In this document: positions 9,537 through 18,468 of the stretch, piece after piece
Numbering within the stretch: position 1 is the stretch's first letter
Layout: each line of letters starts with the position of its first letter
DNA from: an uncultured Thermoplasmatales archaeon
Lineage (GTDB): Archaea; Thermoplasmatota; E2; DHVEG-1
Assembly: GCA_964391965.1 (NCBI GenBank)
Contig: CAYMOC010000003.1
Coordinates: 1-46,085, forward strand
Reading direction: 5' to 3'
DNA: 46,085 nucleotides
Made by a program: the position numbers and the translations under genes
The notes under the pieces: generated by a model
Databases searched by the model: none
What the model was told of the DNA's origin: nothing
The model's input: only the letters and a program-made list of their open reading frames with translations

Positions 9537-10520
9537 ATGGCCCAAAATTTAAAAGATCTTAATATTGAAAACTTCTTCAAAACAACACAAATTGATGTTG
9601 AAAAAAAAATTAAAAACACAATCACAGATAAAGACATAGTAGACATTTTACAAGGAGGAAAAAGACTAAGACCACTTTTAGAAATATTATCCTACAAAGT
9701 ATGCACCGGTGGAAGAGAAACACCAACAGATTACCAAAAAGCCTTAGAAGGAACAGTAAGCATCGAACTAGCTCATACCGCATCACTACTACACGACGAC
9801 ATAATAGATGAAGACCAGACCAGAAGAGGAAGAGCAGCACTATACACAAAAAAAGGAATACCACACGCCATACTAAAAGGCCATAAGATGTTATCCACAG
9901 GCTTCGGAATAGCAATAAAACATGGAGAAAAAATCGGAAAACTCTACGTAAACACATGGGACGAAGTACTCACAGGACAAATAAAAGAAGTAGACTTCAA
10001 CACCGAAGAAACAGGAGATAGTGAAATAGATTTAAAAGGATTTACAACTAAATCAAAAATATACAAACTATACAAACAAATAATTGATCAAAAAACCGCA
10101 GCACTCTTCGCATCATCATGCAAAGCAGGAGCATTCGAAGCCAACGCCAACGGACAAATAGCGCAAACATTATCAGACTACGGACGAGAAATCGGAATAG
10201 CCTACCAACTCGCAGATGATTTAGTAGACCTAGAAAACGGAGAAATGATCGGAAGTGTAGTAATACCACTCTTAACAAGACTTGAAAACAAAAAAATAGA
10301 TGAAAACAACTTAACAGTATCAAAAATAAGAAGTAAAATCGAAAATAACGAAGAAAAAATCAAAAAAATGTACCTAAAAGAAATCAAAAAACACGTAAAA
10401 AAAGCTGAAAAACTTAGTAAATCAGACCTGATACCAAATTCACCATACAAAAAACTCTTATCAGAACAACCATCATTTGTGATAAACATGATGCTTAAAA
10501 AAATCAAGATGAACGTTTAA
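9537..10520 (+). CDS. trans-Polyprenyl diphosphate synthase (GGPP-synthase-like)
   Basis: First aspartate-rich motif LLHDDIIDED and second motif QLADDLVD. Length and layout fit polyprenyl synthetases. Chain length cannot be inferred from the sequence. Confidence 0.8.
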   Translation: MAQNLKDLNIENFFKTTQIDVEKKIKNTITDKDIVDILQGGKRLRPLLEILSYKVCTGGRETPTDYQKALEGTVSIELAHTASLLHDDIIDEDQTRRGRAALYTKKGIPHAILKGHKMLSTGFGIAIKHGEKIGKLYVNTWDEVLTGQIKEVDFNTEETGDSEIDLKGFTTKSKIYKLYKQIIDQKTAALFASSCKAGAFEANANGQIAQTLSDYGREIGIAYQLADDLVDLENGEMIGSVVIPLLTRLENKKIDENNLTVSKIRSKIENNEEKIKKMYLKEIKKHVKKAEKLSKSDLIPNSPYKKLLSEQPSFVINMMLKKIKMNV

Positions 10521-10528
10521 AAAAAAAA

Positions 10529-11245
10529 TTAATTTTCTTTTTTAACTTTTTTATTGTTTTTAGAATTTCTATAAACCCATACCATTATACCAACAATCAT
10601 AACTATAAATATAACCAGCAAAGCATGAGGAAGACTTGTTTTAAATAAATCCAAAATAACATCAGTAAAATAAGCAATCAAAATACAACCAACCACAGCC
10701 CCAATAGATATTGCAAGAAAAGTATTCCAGGGTTTCATACCAATAAGTCGACCTACAATAGATCCCACCAGACCACCAGAACCCTGAAACGGAACCATAA
10801 CAAACAAAATAATTCCAACAAAACGCAGAGGTTTAACCCATGAATATTTATCAGAAGAATTTTTACCAATTCGTTCCACTCTTTCCATGAATTTACCAAC
10901 AAAAGGAATCTTTTTAGCCAAATCATAATTCCAAACAAGAAACCAGGCAATCACTATATCAATAAAAGCAACAGCCATTGCAATGGTAAAAGGATTAACA
11001 TTCATAGGTTCCAAATAAATATTTAAAAAAGGTACAGTTAGCCCTTCATCTAAAAAACCTACAGCCAACGGTATAATTGTTTCTTTTCCAAAAGGAGGAA
11101 AAAAATAAGCTAACAACAGCGGCCAAATCTTTGATATTTCATCTGTTAATATCCACCAGAAACCATATACTGTGAAACCAACTATTATTGGTAAAAAAAA
11201 TTTTGCAATACGAGTATTTTTTTCCGATTCTATTCCTAGTATCAT
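10529..11245 (-). CDS. Integral membrane protein, small multidrug-export-like (COG2426-type)
   Basis: Several TM segments. The block FVMVPFQGSGGLVGSIVGRLIGMKPWNTFLAISIGAVVG resembles the conserved core of the putative small multidrug export family. Confidence 0.45.
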   Translation of the reverse strand: MILGIESEKNTRIAKFFLPIIVGFTVYGFWWILTDEISKIWPLLLAYFFPPFGKETIIPLAVGFLDEGLTVPFLNIYLEPMNVNPFTIAMAVAFIDIVIAWFLVWNYDLAKKIPFVGKFMERVERIGKNSSDKYSWVKPLRFVGIILFVMVPFQGSGGLVGSIVGRLIGMKPWNTFLAISIGAVVGCILIAYFTDVILDLFKTSLPHALLVIFIVMIVGIMVWVYRNSKNNKKVKKEN

Positions 11246-11264
11246 CTACGTCAAATCCTTTTTT

Positions 11265-11924
11265 TTAAATAAAAACTGAGATACATGCATGGTCTTTTTC
11301 ATATGGTTGTAATTCCACGATGTCTTTTATTTTTATATCATTTTTTTGAAGTTGTTTAGCAACTATTTCATAAATTTTTTTGGGTTTTGAAGATACATCT
11401 ATACTTCTTGCTTTAACCATCAGATATGCTTTACCGTTTTTTTTCAAAAATATTTTAATATTCCTTGTAAAAATATCTGCTTGGTTTCTCTGTGAGATAT
11501 CCTGATATATAATATCGACTTTAGGGATTAATGGAATGTATCGATCTGGATGATTTGCATCTTCTAAAATTGGTATTATATTGTTTCTCTGATGATATAA
11601 TTTTGAAAATTTTTTAAAAGAAACCGGTGAACTTTCCACAGCATATATTGTTCCATTTGTTATAATATCTGATATGTGACTTACTGTTGTTCCTGATGAT
11701 GCACCTAGATATAGTATCTTTGAATTTTTTTGGATTGGTATGTTTAAGTTTTTTAGAAGTGCTGCTGCCATTTTACTACGATAAGGGTTCCAAGATCGGT
11801 ATTGTTTTCCTTTTTTGTTAATTATTTTTTCATTGTATACTTTGATTCCTTTGGATTCTTTTGGGTTTTCTGTGAATAGTTTGTTTTTTTCCTTGTATAC
11901 TCCTTTGATTTCAGTTGGTTTCAT
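11265..11924 (-). CDS. flpA: Fibrillarin-like rRNA/tRNA 2'-O-methyltransferase
   Basis: YRSWNPYRSKMAAALL, ILYLGASSGTTVSHISD, IYAVESSP and the DANHP motif. 219 aa. Confidence 0.9.
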   Translation of the reverse strand: MKPTEIKGVYKEKNKLFTENPKESKGIKVYNEKIINKKGKQYRSWNPYRSKMAAALLKNLNIPIQKNSKILYLGASSGTTVSHISDIITNGTIYAVESSPVSFKKFSKLYHQRNNIIPILEDANHPDRYIPLIPKVDIIYQDISQRNQADIFTRNIKIFLKKNGKAYLMVKARSIDVSSKPKKIYEIVAKQLQKNDIKIKDIVELQPYEKDHACISVFI

Positions 11925-12051
11925 ATTTTTTCAATCGGTCTGTAATAGAGTTTTTGTTTTATGTTTTTTTGTCTATAGGATTTTTTATGTTTGTTATTCG
12001 AAATCTTAAACTAGGGCAACTGTTATTCACCCCGGGGGTTATAGATTAAAA

Positions 12052-13161
12052 ATGGCTTTAAAATCACCATTGAATAAAATTCATAAAAAACTTGGAGCTA
12101 AATTCACAGATTTTGCAGGTTTTGAAATGCCCTTGCAATTCTCATCAATAAAAGATGAACATTTAACAGTTAGAAAAAAAGTAGGAATATTTGATGTATC
12201 ACACATGGGAAATGTTTGGATAACAGGTGAAGACTCTGAAAAACTACTAACACTAACAACCATGGAGGATGCATCAAAAATAGGGGTTGGAAAAAGTCAG
12301 TATACAGCGATTCTTCGCGATGATGGAACAATAATTGATGATACAATATTTATGCATATAGAAGACGATAAATATATGCTTATACCTAATGCAGGGCAAT
12401 CTGAAACGGTAACAGAATGGCTTAACAAACAAGCAGAAAAAAATGATCTTTGTGCAAAAGCAGAGAATGTATCACGTGATTTTGTAATCCTTGCAGTTCA
12501 AGGACCTGATTCTAGAAAAACACTTCAAAAATTGACAGATGAAGACCTTTCAAAAATAGGTTTTTTTGGTTGTAAAAAAATAAAAATAGCTGATGAAGAT
12601 GTAATCATATCATTCACAGGTTACACTGGAGAACTTGGTTATGAATTCCAAATAAATGATTTTGAAGTAGCTGAAAAACTTTTGAACAAAATTATGAACG
12701 CCGGAGAAGAACATGGAATAAAACCGATAGGCCTCGGAGCCAGGGACACTCTTAGAATGGAAAAATTCTTCCTACTTGCTGGAAACGAATTCGAAGGAGG
12801 AAGAACACCTCTTGAAGCAAGCATAGGATTTTTTATCAACTGGGATCATGACTTTATTGGAAAAGAAGCACTTCTTAAACAAAAAGAACAAGGAGATTAT
12901 GAAAGACTCACAGCCATGATATGTATGGAAAAAGGAATACCACGTCATGGAATGAAAATTTTAAAAGATGATGAACACATAGGAGTTGTATCAAGTGGAA
13001 CAATGTCACCATGCCTAAAAAAAGGTATAGCTATGGCATACATTAAACCAGAATACATCAAAGTTGACAATGAAGCAGAGATAATTGTTAGAAACAAAAA
13101 AGTCAAAGCTAAAATGGTAAAACCACCTTTTGTTTCTAAAGATTGGGCTGAAAAAAATTAA
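12052..13161 (+). CDS. gcvT: Glycine cleavage system T protein (aminomethyltransferase)
   Basis: N-terminus LNKIHKKLGAKFTDFAGFEMPLQF, VGIFDVSHMG, YTGELGYEF. About 370 aa. Confidence 0.88.
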   Translation: MALKSPLNKIHKKLGAKFTDFAGFEMPLQFSSIKDEHLTVRKKVGIFDVSHMGNVWITGEDSEKLLTLTTMEDASKIGVGKSQYTAILRDDGTIIDDTIFMHIEDDKYMLIPNAGQSETVTEWLNKQAEKNDLCAKAENVSRDFVILAVQGPDSRKTLQKLTDEDLSKIGFFGCKKIKIADEDVIISFTGYTGELGYEFQINDFEVAEKLLNKIMNAGEEHGIKPIGLGARDTLRMEKFFLLAGNEFEGGRTPLEASIGFFINWDHDFIGKEALLKQKEQGDYERLTAMICMEKGIPRHGMKILKDDEHIGVVSSGTMSPCLKKGIAMAYIKPEYIKVDNEAEIIVRNKKVKAKMVKPPFVSKDWAEKN

Positions 13162-13207
13162 AAGAAAGATTTAAAATAGTTATTAAAATACAGGATGTTT
13201 GATAGAT

Positions 13208-13588
13208 ATGTCAGATGTAAGAAATGATTTAAAATATACTGATACTCATGAATGGATTAAAGTAAAAGGCAAAACGGTTGTTGTTGGAATAACAGATCAC
13301 GCTCAAGAGGAATTAACAGACATAGTTTTTGTGGAACTCCCTGAAGTTGGAAAACAAATCAAAAAGGGAGATGAACTTTGCGTTGTTGAATCAGTAAAAT
13401 CAGTTTCAGAAATTTATTCACCTGTATCAGGAAAAATTGCAAAAACAAATGAAGAACTAGAAGATGAACCCGAAACAATAAATGACAAACCATATGATGA
13501 TGGATGGCTTGTAGAAATCGAAATGGAAGATGAAGAAGAAATCGAAGATTTAATGGACGACAAAGAATACAAAAAAAATATTGAATAA
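13208..13588 (+). CDS. gcvH: Glycine cleavage system H protein (lipoyl carrier)
   Basis: YTDTHEWIK, GITDHAQEELTDIVFVELPEVG, the lipoyl-lysine context VVESVKSVSEIYSP, and an acidic C-terminus. I prefer the ATG at 13208 over the TTG at 13199. Confidence 0.88.
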   Translation: MSDVRNDLKYTDTHEWIKVKGKTVVVGITDHAQEELTDIVFVELPEVGKQIKKGDELCVVESVKSVSEIYSPVSGKIAKTNEELEDEPETINDKPYDDGWLVEIEMEDEEEIEDLMDDKEYKKNIE

Positions 13589-13600
13589 AAAAAACCATAT

Positions 13601-13633
13601 TTTTTTCTCCTTAAATTAATGGAGGAGAAAAGA
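13601..13633 (+). terminator. Hairpin plus T-run downstream of gcvH
   Basis: TTTTCTCC (13603-13610) pairs with GGAGAAAA (13624-13631) around a 13-nt loop. It is preceded by a T-run at 13601-13606. Confidence 0.3.
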
Positions 13634-13643
13634 TTCCACAAAA

Positions 13644-13653
13644 TTTTTATATG
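13644..13653 (+). promoter_or_regulatory. TATA-like box for the candidate small RNA
   Basis: TTTTTATATG is centred about 26 nt upstream of the first G of the GC-rich island at 13675. Confidence 0.35.
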
Positions 13654-13674
13654 CTTTAACATATTCTAAATTTA

Positions 13675-13760
13675 GGCGGAGAGATGGGATGACAAGTAGT
13701 ACTTTAATTTTTTTAAAGCGGTGTTTTTACACCTCCGCCGCCTCCCCCATTTACTAAAAA
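13675..13760 (+). ncRNA. Candidate small structured RNA of unknown class
   Basis: A GC-rich island in an AT-rich intergenic region. GGCGGAG (13675-13681) is complementary to CTCCGCC (13733-13739). An internal CTTTAA/TTAAAG hairpin is present. AGATGGG (13682-13688) can pair with CCCATTT (13746-13752). A TATA box lies upstream and a T8 run at 13761-13768. Confidence 0.35.
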
Positions 13761-13817
13761 TTTTTTTTGTATCATTATGTTTAATAGTAATAATTCGATT
13801 TACGGTTTTGATTTCCT

Positions 13818-15707
13818 ATGAAATTGCTTTTAATACATAGTGATTATATTGAATACGAAGTTAAAGACAAAGCGATTAAAACACCTGAAGAGATTGATAA
13901 AAAAATAGATCGCTTTGATGAAGCTCTTACTGTTTTTACCGCAGTTGAAAAAGTTGATGAAAAATCAGAAGAAGATTCAATACATCAAACAGTTTCTGAG
14001 ATTGTTAAAACAGCTGAACAACTAAAAGTCAACAATATCATGCTTTATCCATATGCACATCTATCATCAGATCTTGCTAGTCCAAAAAAAGCTCAACAAA
14101 TTCTTTCGCAGCTTGAATATGAACTAAAACAGAAAAACTTCAATGTTAAAAGAAGTCCTTTTGGTTGGTACAAAGCATTTAAACTAAGTTGTAAAGGACA
14201 TCCACTTTCTGAGCTTTCAAAAACTGTTATTCCTGGTGAAAAAAAAACTGAGGATGAAACAGAATCCCTTAAAAAAGAACGTAAACTTTCTTCTTATTGG
14301 CATATACTAACCCCTGATGGAGTACTTCATAATATTGATGAATTTGATTTTAAGGATCATAAAAACCTTAAGATTTTTTCTTTTTATGAAAAAGAAAAAT
14401 CTCGTGCTGTTAAAGGTGAACCAGAGCATGTTAAACTTATGAAAAAACTAGAAATTGCTGATTACGAACCAGCATCAGATGCTGGGAACATGCGTTATTA
14501 CCCTAAGGGTCGTTTTATAAAAAAACTATTAGAACAATATGTAACACGTAGAATCGTTGATTATGGCGGGCTTGAAGTGGAGACACCTATAATGTATGAT
14601 ATGGATCATCCAACGCTTTCAAAATATCTACAAAGGTTTCCAGCTAGGCAGTATCAAATCGATAGTGACAAACGAAAATTTTTTCTTCGATTTGCAGCAT
14701 GTTTCGGTCAATTCTTAATGGCTCATGATGCAACAATAAGCTACAAGGATCTACCATTGAAACTGTATGAGATGACGAAGTATTCTTTTAGACGAGAACA
14801 ATCAGGGGAGCTTACAGGTCTAAGAAGGCTTCGGGCTTTCACTATGCCTGATGTACATGCCATGGTCTCAGATATAGAGATGGCTATGAAAGAATTCAAT
14901 GTTCGTTTTGATCTAAGCCTCAGTGTTCTAAAAAATATAGGACTATATACTGATGATATTGAGATGGCTTTACGTACTACAAAAGAATTTTATGAGGAGA
15001 ATAAAGAATTTATTGTAAGTCTAGTTAAAAAACTTGATAAACCTATTCTTGTGGAACTTTGGGATGAACGAATATTTTATTTTATATTGAAATTTGAGTT
15101 TAACTTTGTAGATATGAGTGATAAGGCATCTGCTCTCTCTACAGACCAAATAGATATCGAAAACGGAGAAAGATATGACATACAGTTCACAGATACTAAC
15201 GGAGAACAAAAACATCCTTTAATCTTGCATTGTAGTCCATCTGGCGCTATTGAAAGAGTGATTTATGCTCTCTTGGAAAAAGAAGCAGGACGTATGCAAA
15301 AAGGTCATAAGGCTATGCTGCCACTCTGGCTTTCTCCAACACAAGTTCGTTTTATACCTGTAGGGGATGAATTCATACCTGAAATTGAAGAATATATCAA
15401 AGAGTTAAACAGTTTTTCAGAGTGTCATATTGTTCGAGCCGATATTGATGACCGTGAAGAAAGCGTGGGTCGAAAGATTCGAGATGCTGAAAAAGAATGG
15501 ATTCCAATAATAATAGTTGTAGGGGATAAAGAAAAAAATAGTAAAAAATTCAACCCAAGATTCAGAAGAGAAGAATTAGGAGATAGCAACAATTCCTATT
15601 CAATTAAGGAAATATTTGATATAATCCATGAGGAAACAAAGGAGTATCCACAGGAGCTGCTACCGTTGTCTAAATATCTATCAAAAAGACCAAATTTTAT
15701 TGGATAA
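13818..15707 (+). CDS. thrS: Threonyl-tRNA synthetase, archaeal type with N-terminal editing domain
   Basis: The N-terminus MKLLLIHSDYIEYEVKDKA is typical of the archaeal ThrRS editing domain. Class II core blocks are present (RLRAFTMPDVH, FACFGQF), followed by a C-terminal anticodon-binding region. Confidence 0.88.
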   Translation: MKLLLIHSDYIEYEVKDKAIKTPEEIDKKIDRFDEALTVFTAVEKVDEKSEEDSIHQTVSEIVKTAEQLKVNNIMLYPYAHLSSDLASPKKAQQILSQLEYELKQKNFNVKRSPFGWYKAFKLSCKGHPLSELSKTVIPGEKKTEDETESLKKERKLSSYWHILTPDGVLHNIDEFDFKDHKNLKIFSFYEKEKSRAVKGEPEHVKLMKKLEIADYEPASDAGNMRYYPKGRFIKKLLEQYVTRRIVDYGGLEVETPIMYDMDHPTLSKYLQRFPARQYQIDSDKRKFFLRFAACFGQFLMAHDATISYKDLPLKLYEMTKYSFRREQSGELTGLRRLRAFTMPDVHAMVSDIEMAMKEFNVRFDLSLSVLKNIGLYTDDIEMALRTTKEFYEENKEFIVSLVKKLDKPILVELWDERIFYFILKFEFNFVDMSDKASALSTDQIDIENGERYDIQFTDTNGEQKHPLILHCSPSGAIERVIYALLEKEAGRMQKGHKAMLPLWLSPTQVRFIPVGDEFIPEIEEYIKELNSFSECHIVRADIDDREESVGRKIRDAEKEWIPIIIVVGDKEKNSKKFNPRFRREELGDSNNSYSIKEIFDIIHEETKEYPQELLPLSKYLSKRPNFIG

Positions 15708-15772
15708 AAAAACTTTAAACACACATTATGCATAACAATCAAAAAACTTTAGGGGAGGACTAAAAGGTTTTT

Positions 15773-16903
15773 ATGATAAAAAGAAAAGAAATACAAAACA
15801 TCATTGAATCATATGACAAAGACAACATAACAATAGGAGTACTTGGGGGGCATAGTGGTCTTGATGTATGCCGAGGAGCAAAAAAACATGGATTTAAAAC
15901 AATAGCAGTATGCCAAAAAGGAAGAGAAAAAACTTATACAAAATATTACAAAACCAGATCCGATGGACGAGGATGCATCGATGAAACCATCGTTTTAGAT
16001 AAATTTGCAGATATCGTAAAACCTGAAGTACAGAAAAAACTACGCGAAAAAAACACAATTTTTATTCATAACCGGTATTTCTGGGTATATTTTGATTTTA
16101 CAGATATCGAAAACAAATTCAAAGTACCAATCTATGGAACACGTGAAATGGTAAAACTTGAAGAAAGAGACGTACCCAAAAACCAATATTATTTATTAGA
16201 AAAAGCCGGTATTCGTTTCCCTAGAATAATTAAAAAACCTGAAGATATAGACTGCTTAGTCATTGTAAAAGTAAACGAAGCAATACGTGGATACGAAAGA
16301 GCGTTCTTTTTTGCAAGCAATTTTGAAGACTACAAAAAGAAATCAGAAGAACTACTTGAAAAAAAACTAATCACAAAAGAAGCACTAGAAAAAGCAGTAA
16401 TAGAAGAATACATAGTAGGAGCACAAGTAAACTTCAATTATTTCTACTCAAAAATAGATGATGAACTAGAAATCATGGGGACAGATACACGCCGGCAAAC
16501 CAACCTTGATGGACTCTTGCGTCTTCCAGCAAATGAACAACTTGAAGTACTAAAATATATGAAACCAAAGATGATAGAAACAGGACACATCGCTGCAACA
16601 ACCAAAGAATCAATCATTGAAAAGATCTTTAACCTCGGGGAAAAATTTGTAGAAACAACCAAAAAAGAAGTACCACCAGGAATCATAGGACCTTTTGCTT
16701 TACAAGGAAGCATCGCAGCAGATAAAGGAAAAGAGGAAATGGTAGTCTTTGATGTATCAATGAGAATACCTGGAAGTCCTTTGACACGTTTCACACCACA
16801 CAGCGGATACCTCTACAGAGACTCAATAAGCTACGGTGAAAGAATAGCAATGGAAATCAAAAAAGCAGCACAACAAGATAGACTAAAAGAAATTGTAACA
16901 TAA
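15773..16903 (+). CDS. purP: 5-formaminoimidazole-4-carboxamide ribonucleotide (FAICAR) synthetase PurP
   Basis: IGVLGGHSGLDVCRGAKKHGFKT N-terminal block, an ATP-grasp-like middle section, and FALQGSI...VFDVSMRIPGSP at the C-terminus. About 376 aa, archaea-specific purine enzyme. Confidence 0.8.
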   Translation: MIKRKEIQNIIESYDKDNITIGVLGGHSGLDVCRGAKKHGFKTIAVCQKGREKTYTKYYKTRSDGRGCIDETIVLDKFADIVKPEVQKKLREKNTIFIHNRYFWVYFDFTDIENKFKVPIYGTREMVKLEERDVPKNQYYLLEKAGIRFPRIIKKPEDIDCLVIVKVNEAIRGYERAFFFASNFEDYKKKSEELLEKKLITKEALEKAVIEEYIVGAQVNFNYFYSKIDDELEIMGTDTRRQTNLDGLLRLPANEQLEVLKYMKPKMIETGHIAATTKESIIEKIFNLGEKFVETTKKEVPPGIIGPFALQGSIAADKGKEEMVVFDVSMRIPGSPLTRFTPHSGYLYRDSISYGERIAMEIKKAAQQDRLKEIVT

Positions 16904-17006
16904 TAACACATTTCGTCAAATTTTTATATTATTCAAATTTATTTGTTATTATAAAAACATAATTCTTTTAAATAGCATATTATTATTTTCTAAGGGGGAC
17001 AAAAAA

Positions 17007-18464
17007 ATGAATAAATATAGAAAAATAATGGTAATTATAACCATTTTTATAATGTTTTTTTCAGCAACTATTACATCTGCTAATCTACTAAATACAGATA
17101 AAAATACCAACACAGATGTATTAGAAACAAATAAAGAAAACATTGCAGAATGGACTTTAATCCATTATCTATGCTTTGATAACCATCATGAATCCTATGA
17201 ATTAGAACAAAAAATGAATGATTTCAAAAAAATAGGATCAAACAATGATTTTAATTTAATAGTTGCAAAAGATGCAGTAGAAACCGGTGATTCAGCTGTT
17301 TTTTACATAGAAAAAAACAATGCTGTAAACATAAGTAATGAATTTAATTGGCCGAAAGAAGTAGATATGGGCAGCCCATATACAATCAAAACATTAATCC
17401 AAAAAGTTAAAGAAAACTATCCATCAAAACACTACGGAATCATTTTATACACAGATTACGGCAGTGGATGGCAGGGCGTCTGCAGAGATACAAACAATGG
17501 AAAAGACAATGGTCTGCCACTTATGACAATACCAGAATTAGCAAATGTGTTCAAAGAAACTTCCAACAATGGAGTAGACCCATTTGACCTTGTTGTCATT
17601 AGAACATGCATATCAGGGTCACTTGAAACAGCTTATGAACTATACCCATATGTTAAATATGTTGTATTTTCACAAGAACACATGCTGGAACCACTTGACA
17701 AAGGACTAGAATATACGTTTCAATACAAAAAAAGTACATGGTATCTGAAAAACAATACAAATGCAACACCAGAAGAATTTGCAGAAAAAATGGTTGATTT
17801 CTATAATCCTACGGATTTCCCGTTATGGGTACTTTACACATATGAAATAATCTACAAAAAAGGTGAAATGTCCCCATTTTTAAAACTTTTCTCAAATATT
17901 GCTACAAATTTCTTAAATAATCTTAAAAACCCTGATTATCATGTTGCAAGCTTGCATACTACTCTTTCAGCGGTTAATGTTAGTAAATTAAATAATTTAA
18001 AAGAATCTTTGAATAATTTATCAGAAAAACTAATTCTTCATTGTGAAGACGAAGAAATATCATCCTCTTTAGAAAAAGCTAGAAAAAATGTTAGATCATA
18101 TGGTCATTTTTATCCAAAAACACCGGATATTTCATCTCTTGCTATGATGTTACTTATCAATAAAGTAACATTTGGATCATATATAGATTTGTACAACCTG
18201 GCAGAACTATTAAAGAACTCAACGGATGATCAACAAATAAAAAATTTATGCGTTGATCTAATTGATGATATAAACAATTCGGTTATTAGAAACACCTGTG
18301 TAGAATTCGACGACTCCAATGGTTATTCAATTTATTACCCAGAAGAAAAAGATCTTTACAATAGATACATTTGGAATAATGAATTCGATCCCGATTATGA
18401 AGGATTAAAATTTTCAAAAGACACACTATGGGATGAATTCCTAAAAAATTATCTTAACATTTAA
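17007..18464 (+). CDS. Secreted clostripain-like (peptidase C11 family) protein, catalytic His apparently replaced
   Basis: N-terminal signal/anchor sequence. EWTLIHYLCFDNH resembles the C11 start WT.mvYm.gDNnL. LYTDYGSGW sits where C11 enzymes have HG.GW. FDLVVIRTCISGSLETAYEL matches the catalytic-Cys block (fDaC.m.s.E.aYEL). Confidence 0.55.
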   Translation: MNKYRKIMVIITIFIMFFSATITSANLLNTDKNTNTDVLETNKENIAEWTLIHYLCFDNHHESYELEQKMNDFKKIGSNNDFNLIVAKDAVETGDSAVFYIEKNNAVNISNEFNWPKEVDMGSPYTIKTLIQKVKENYPSKHYGIILYTDYGSGWQGVCRDTNNGKDNGLPLMTIPELANVFKETSNNGVDPFDLVVIRTCISGSLETAYELYPYVKYVVFSQEHMLEPLDKGLEYTFQYKKSTWYLKNNTNATPEEFAEKMVDFYNPTDFPLWVLYTYEIIYKKGEMSPFLKLFSNIATNFLNNLKNPDYHVASLHTTLSAVNVSKLNNLKESLNNLSEKLILHCEDEEISSSLEKARKNVRSYGHFYPKTPDISSLAMMLLINKVTFGSYIDLYNLAELLKNSTDDQQIKNLCVDLIDDINNSVIRNTCVEFDDSNGYSIYYPEEKDLYNRYIWNNEFDPDYEGLKFSKDTLWDEFLKNYLNI

Positions 18465-18468
18465 TAAT

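Noticed and set aside
9622-10507. Three long minus-strand ORFs (9622-9957, 10048-10323, 10202-10507) overlapping the polyprenyl synthase gene.
   Set aside because: The sense strand is extremely T-poor, so the antisense strand rarely forms stop codons. The products are Leu/Phe/Arg/Cys-rich nonsense. The sense ORF carries both aspartate-rich prenyltransferase motifs.
12030-12037. A CCCCGGGG palindrome 15 nt upstream of the gcvT start, conspicuous in AT-rich DNA.
   Set aside because: It is too short to form a stable hairpin. The GGGGG(T) half is most simply the ribosome-binding site. It occurs only once.
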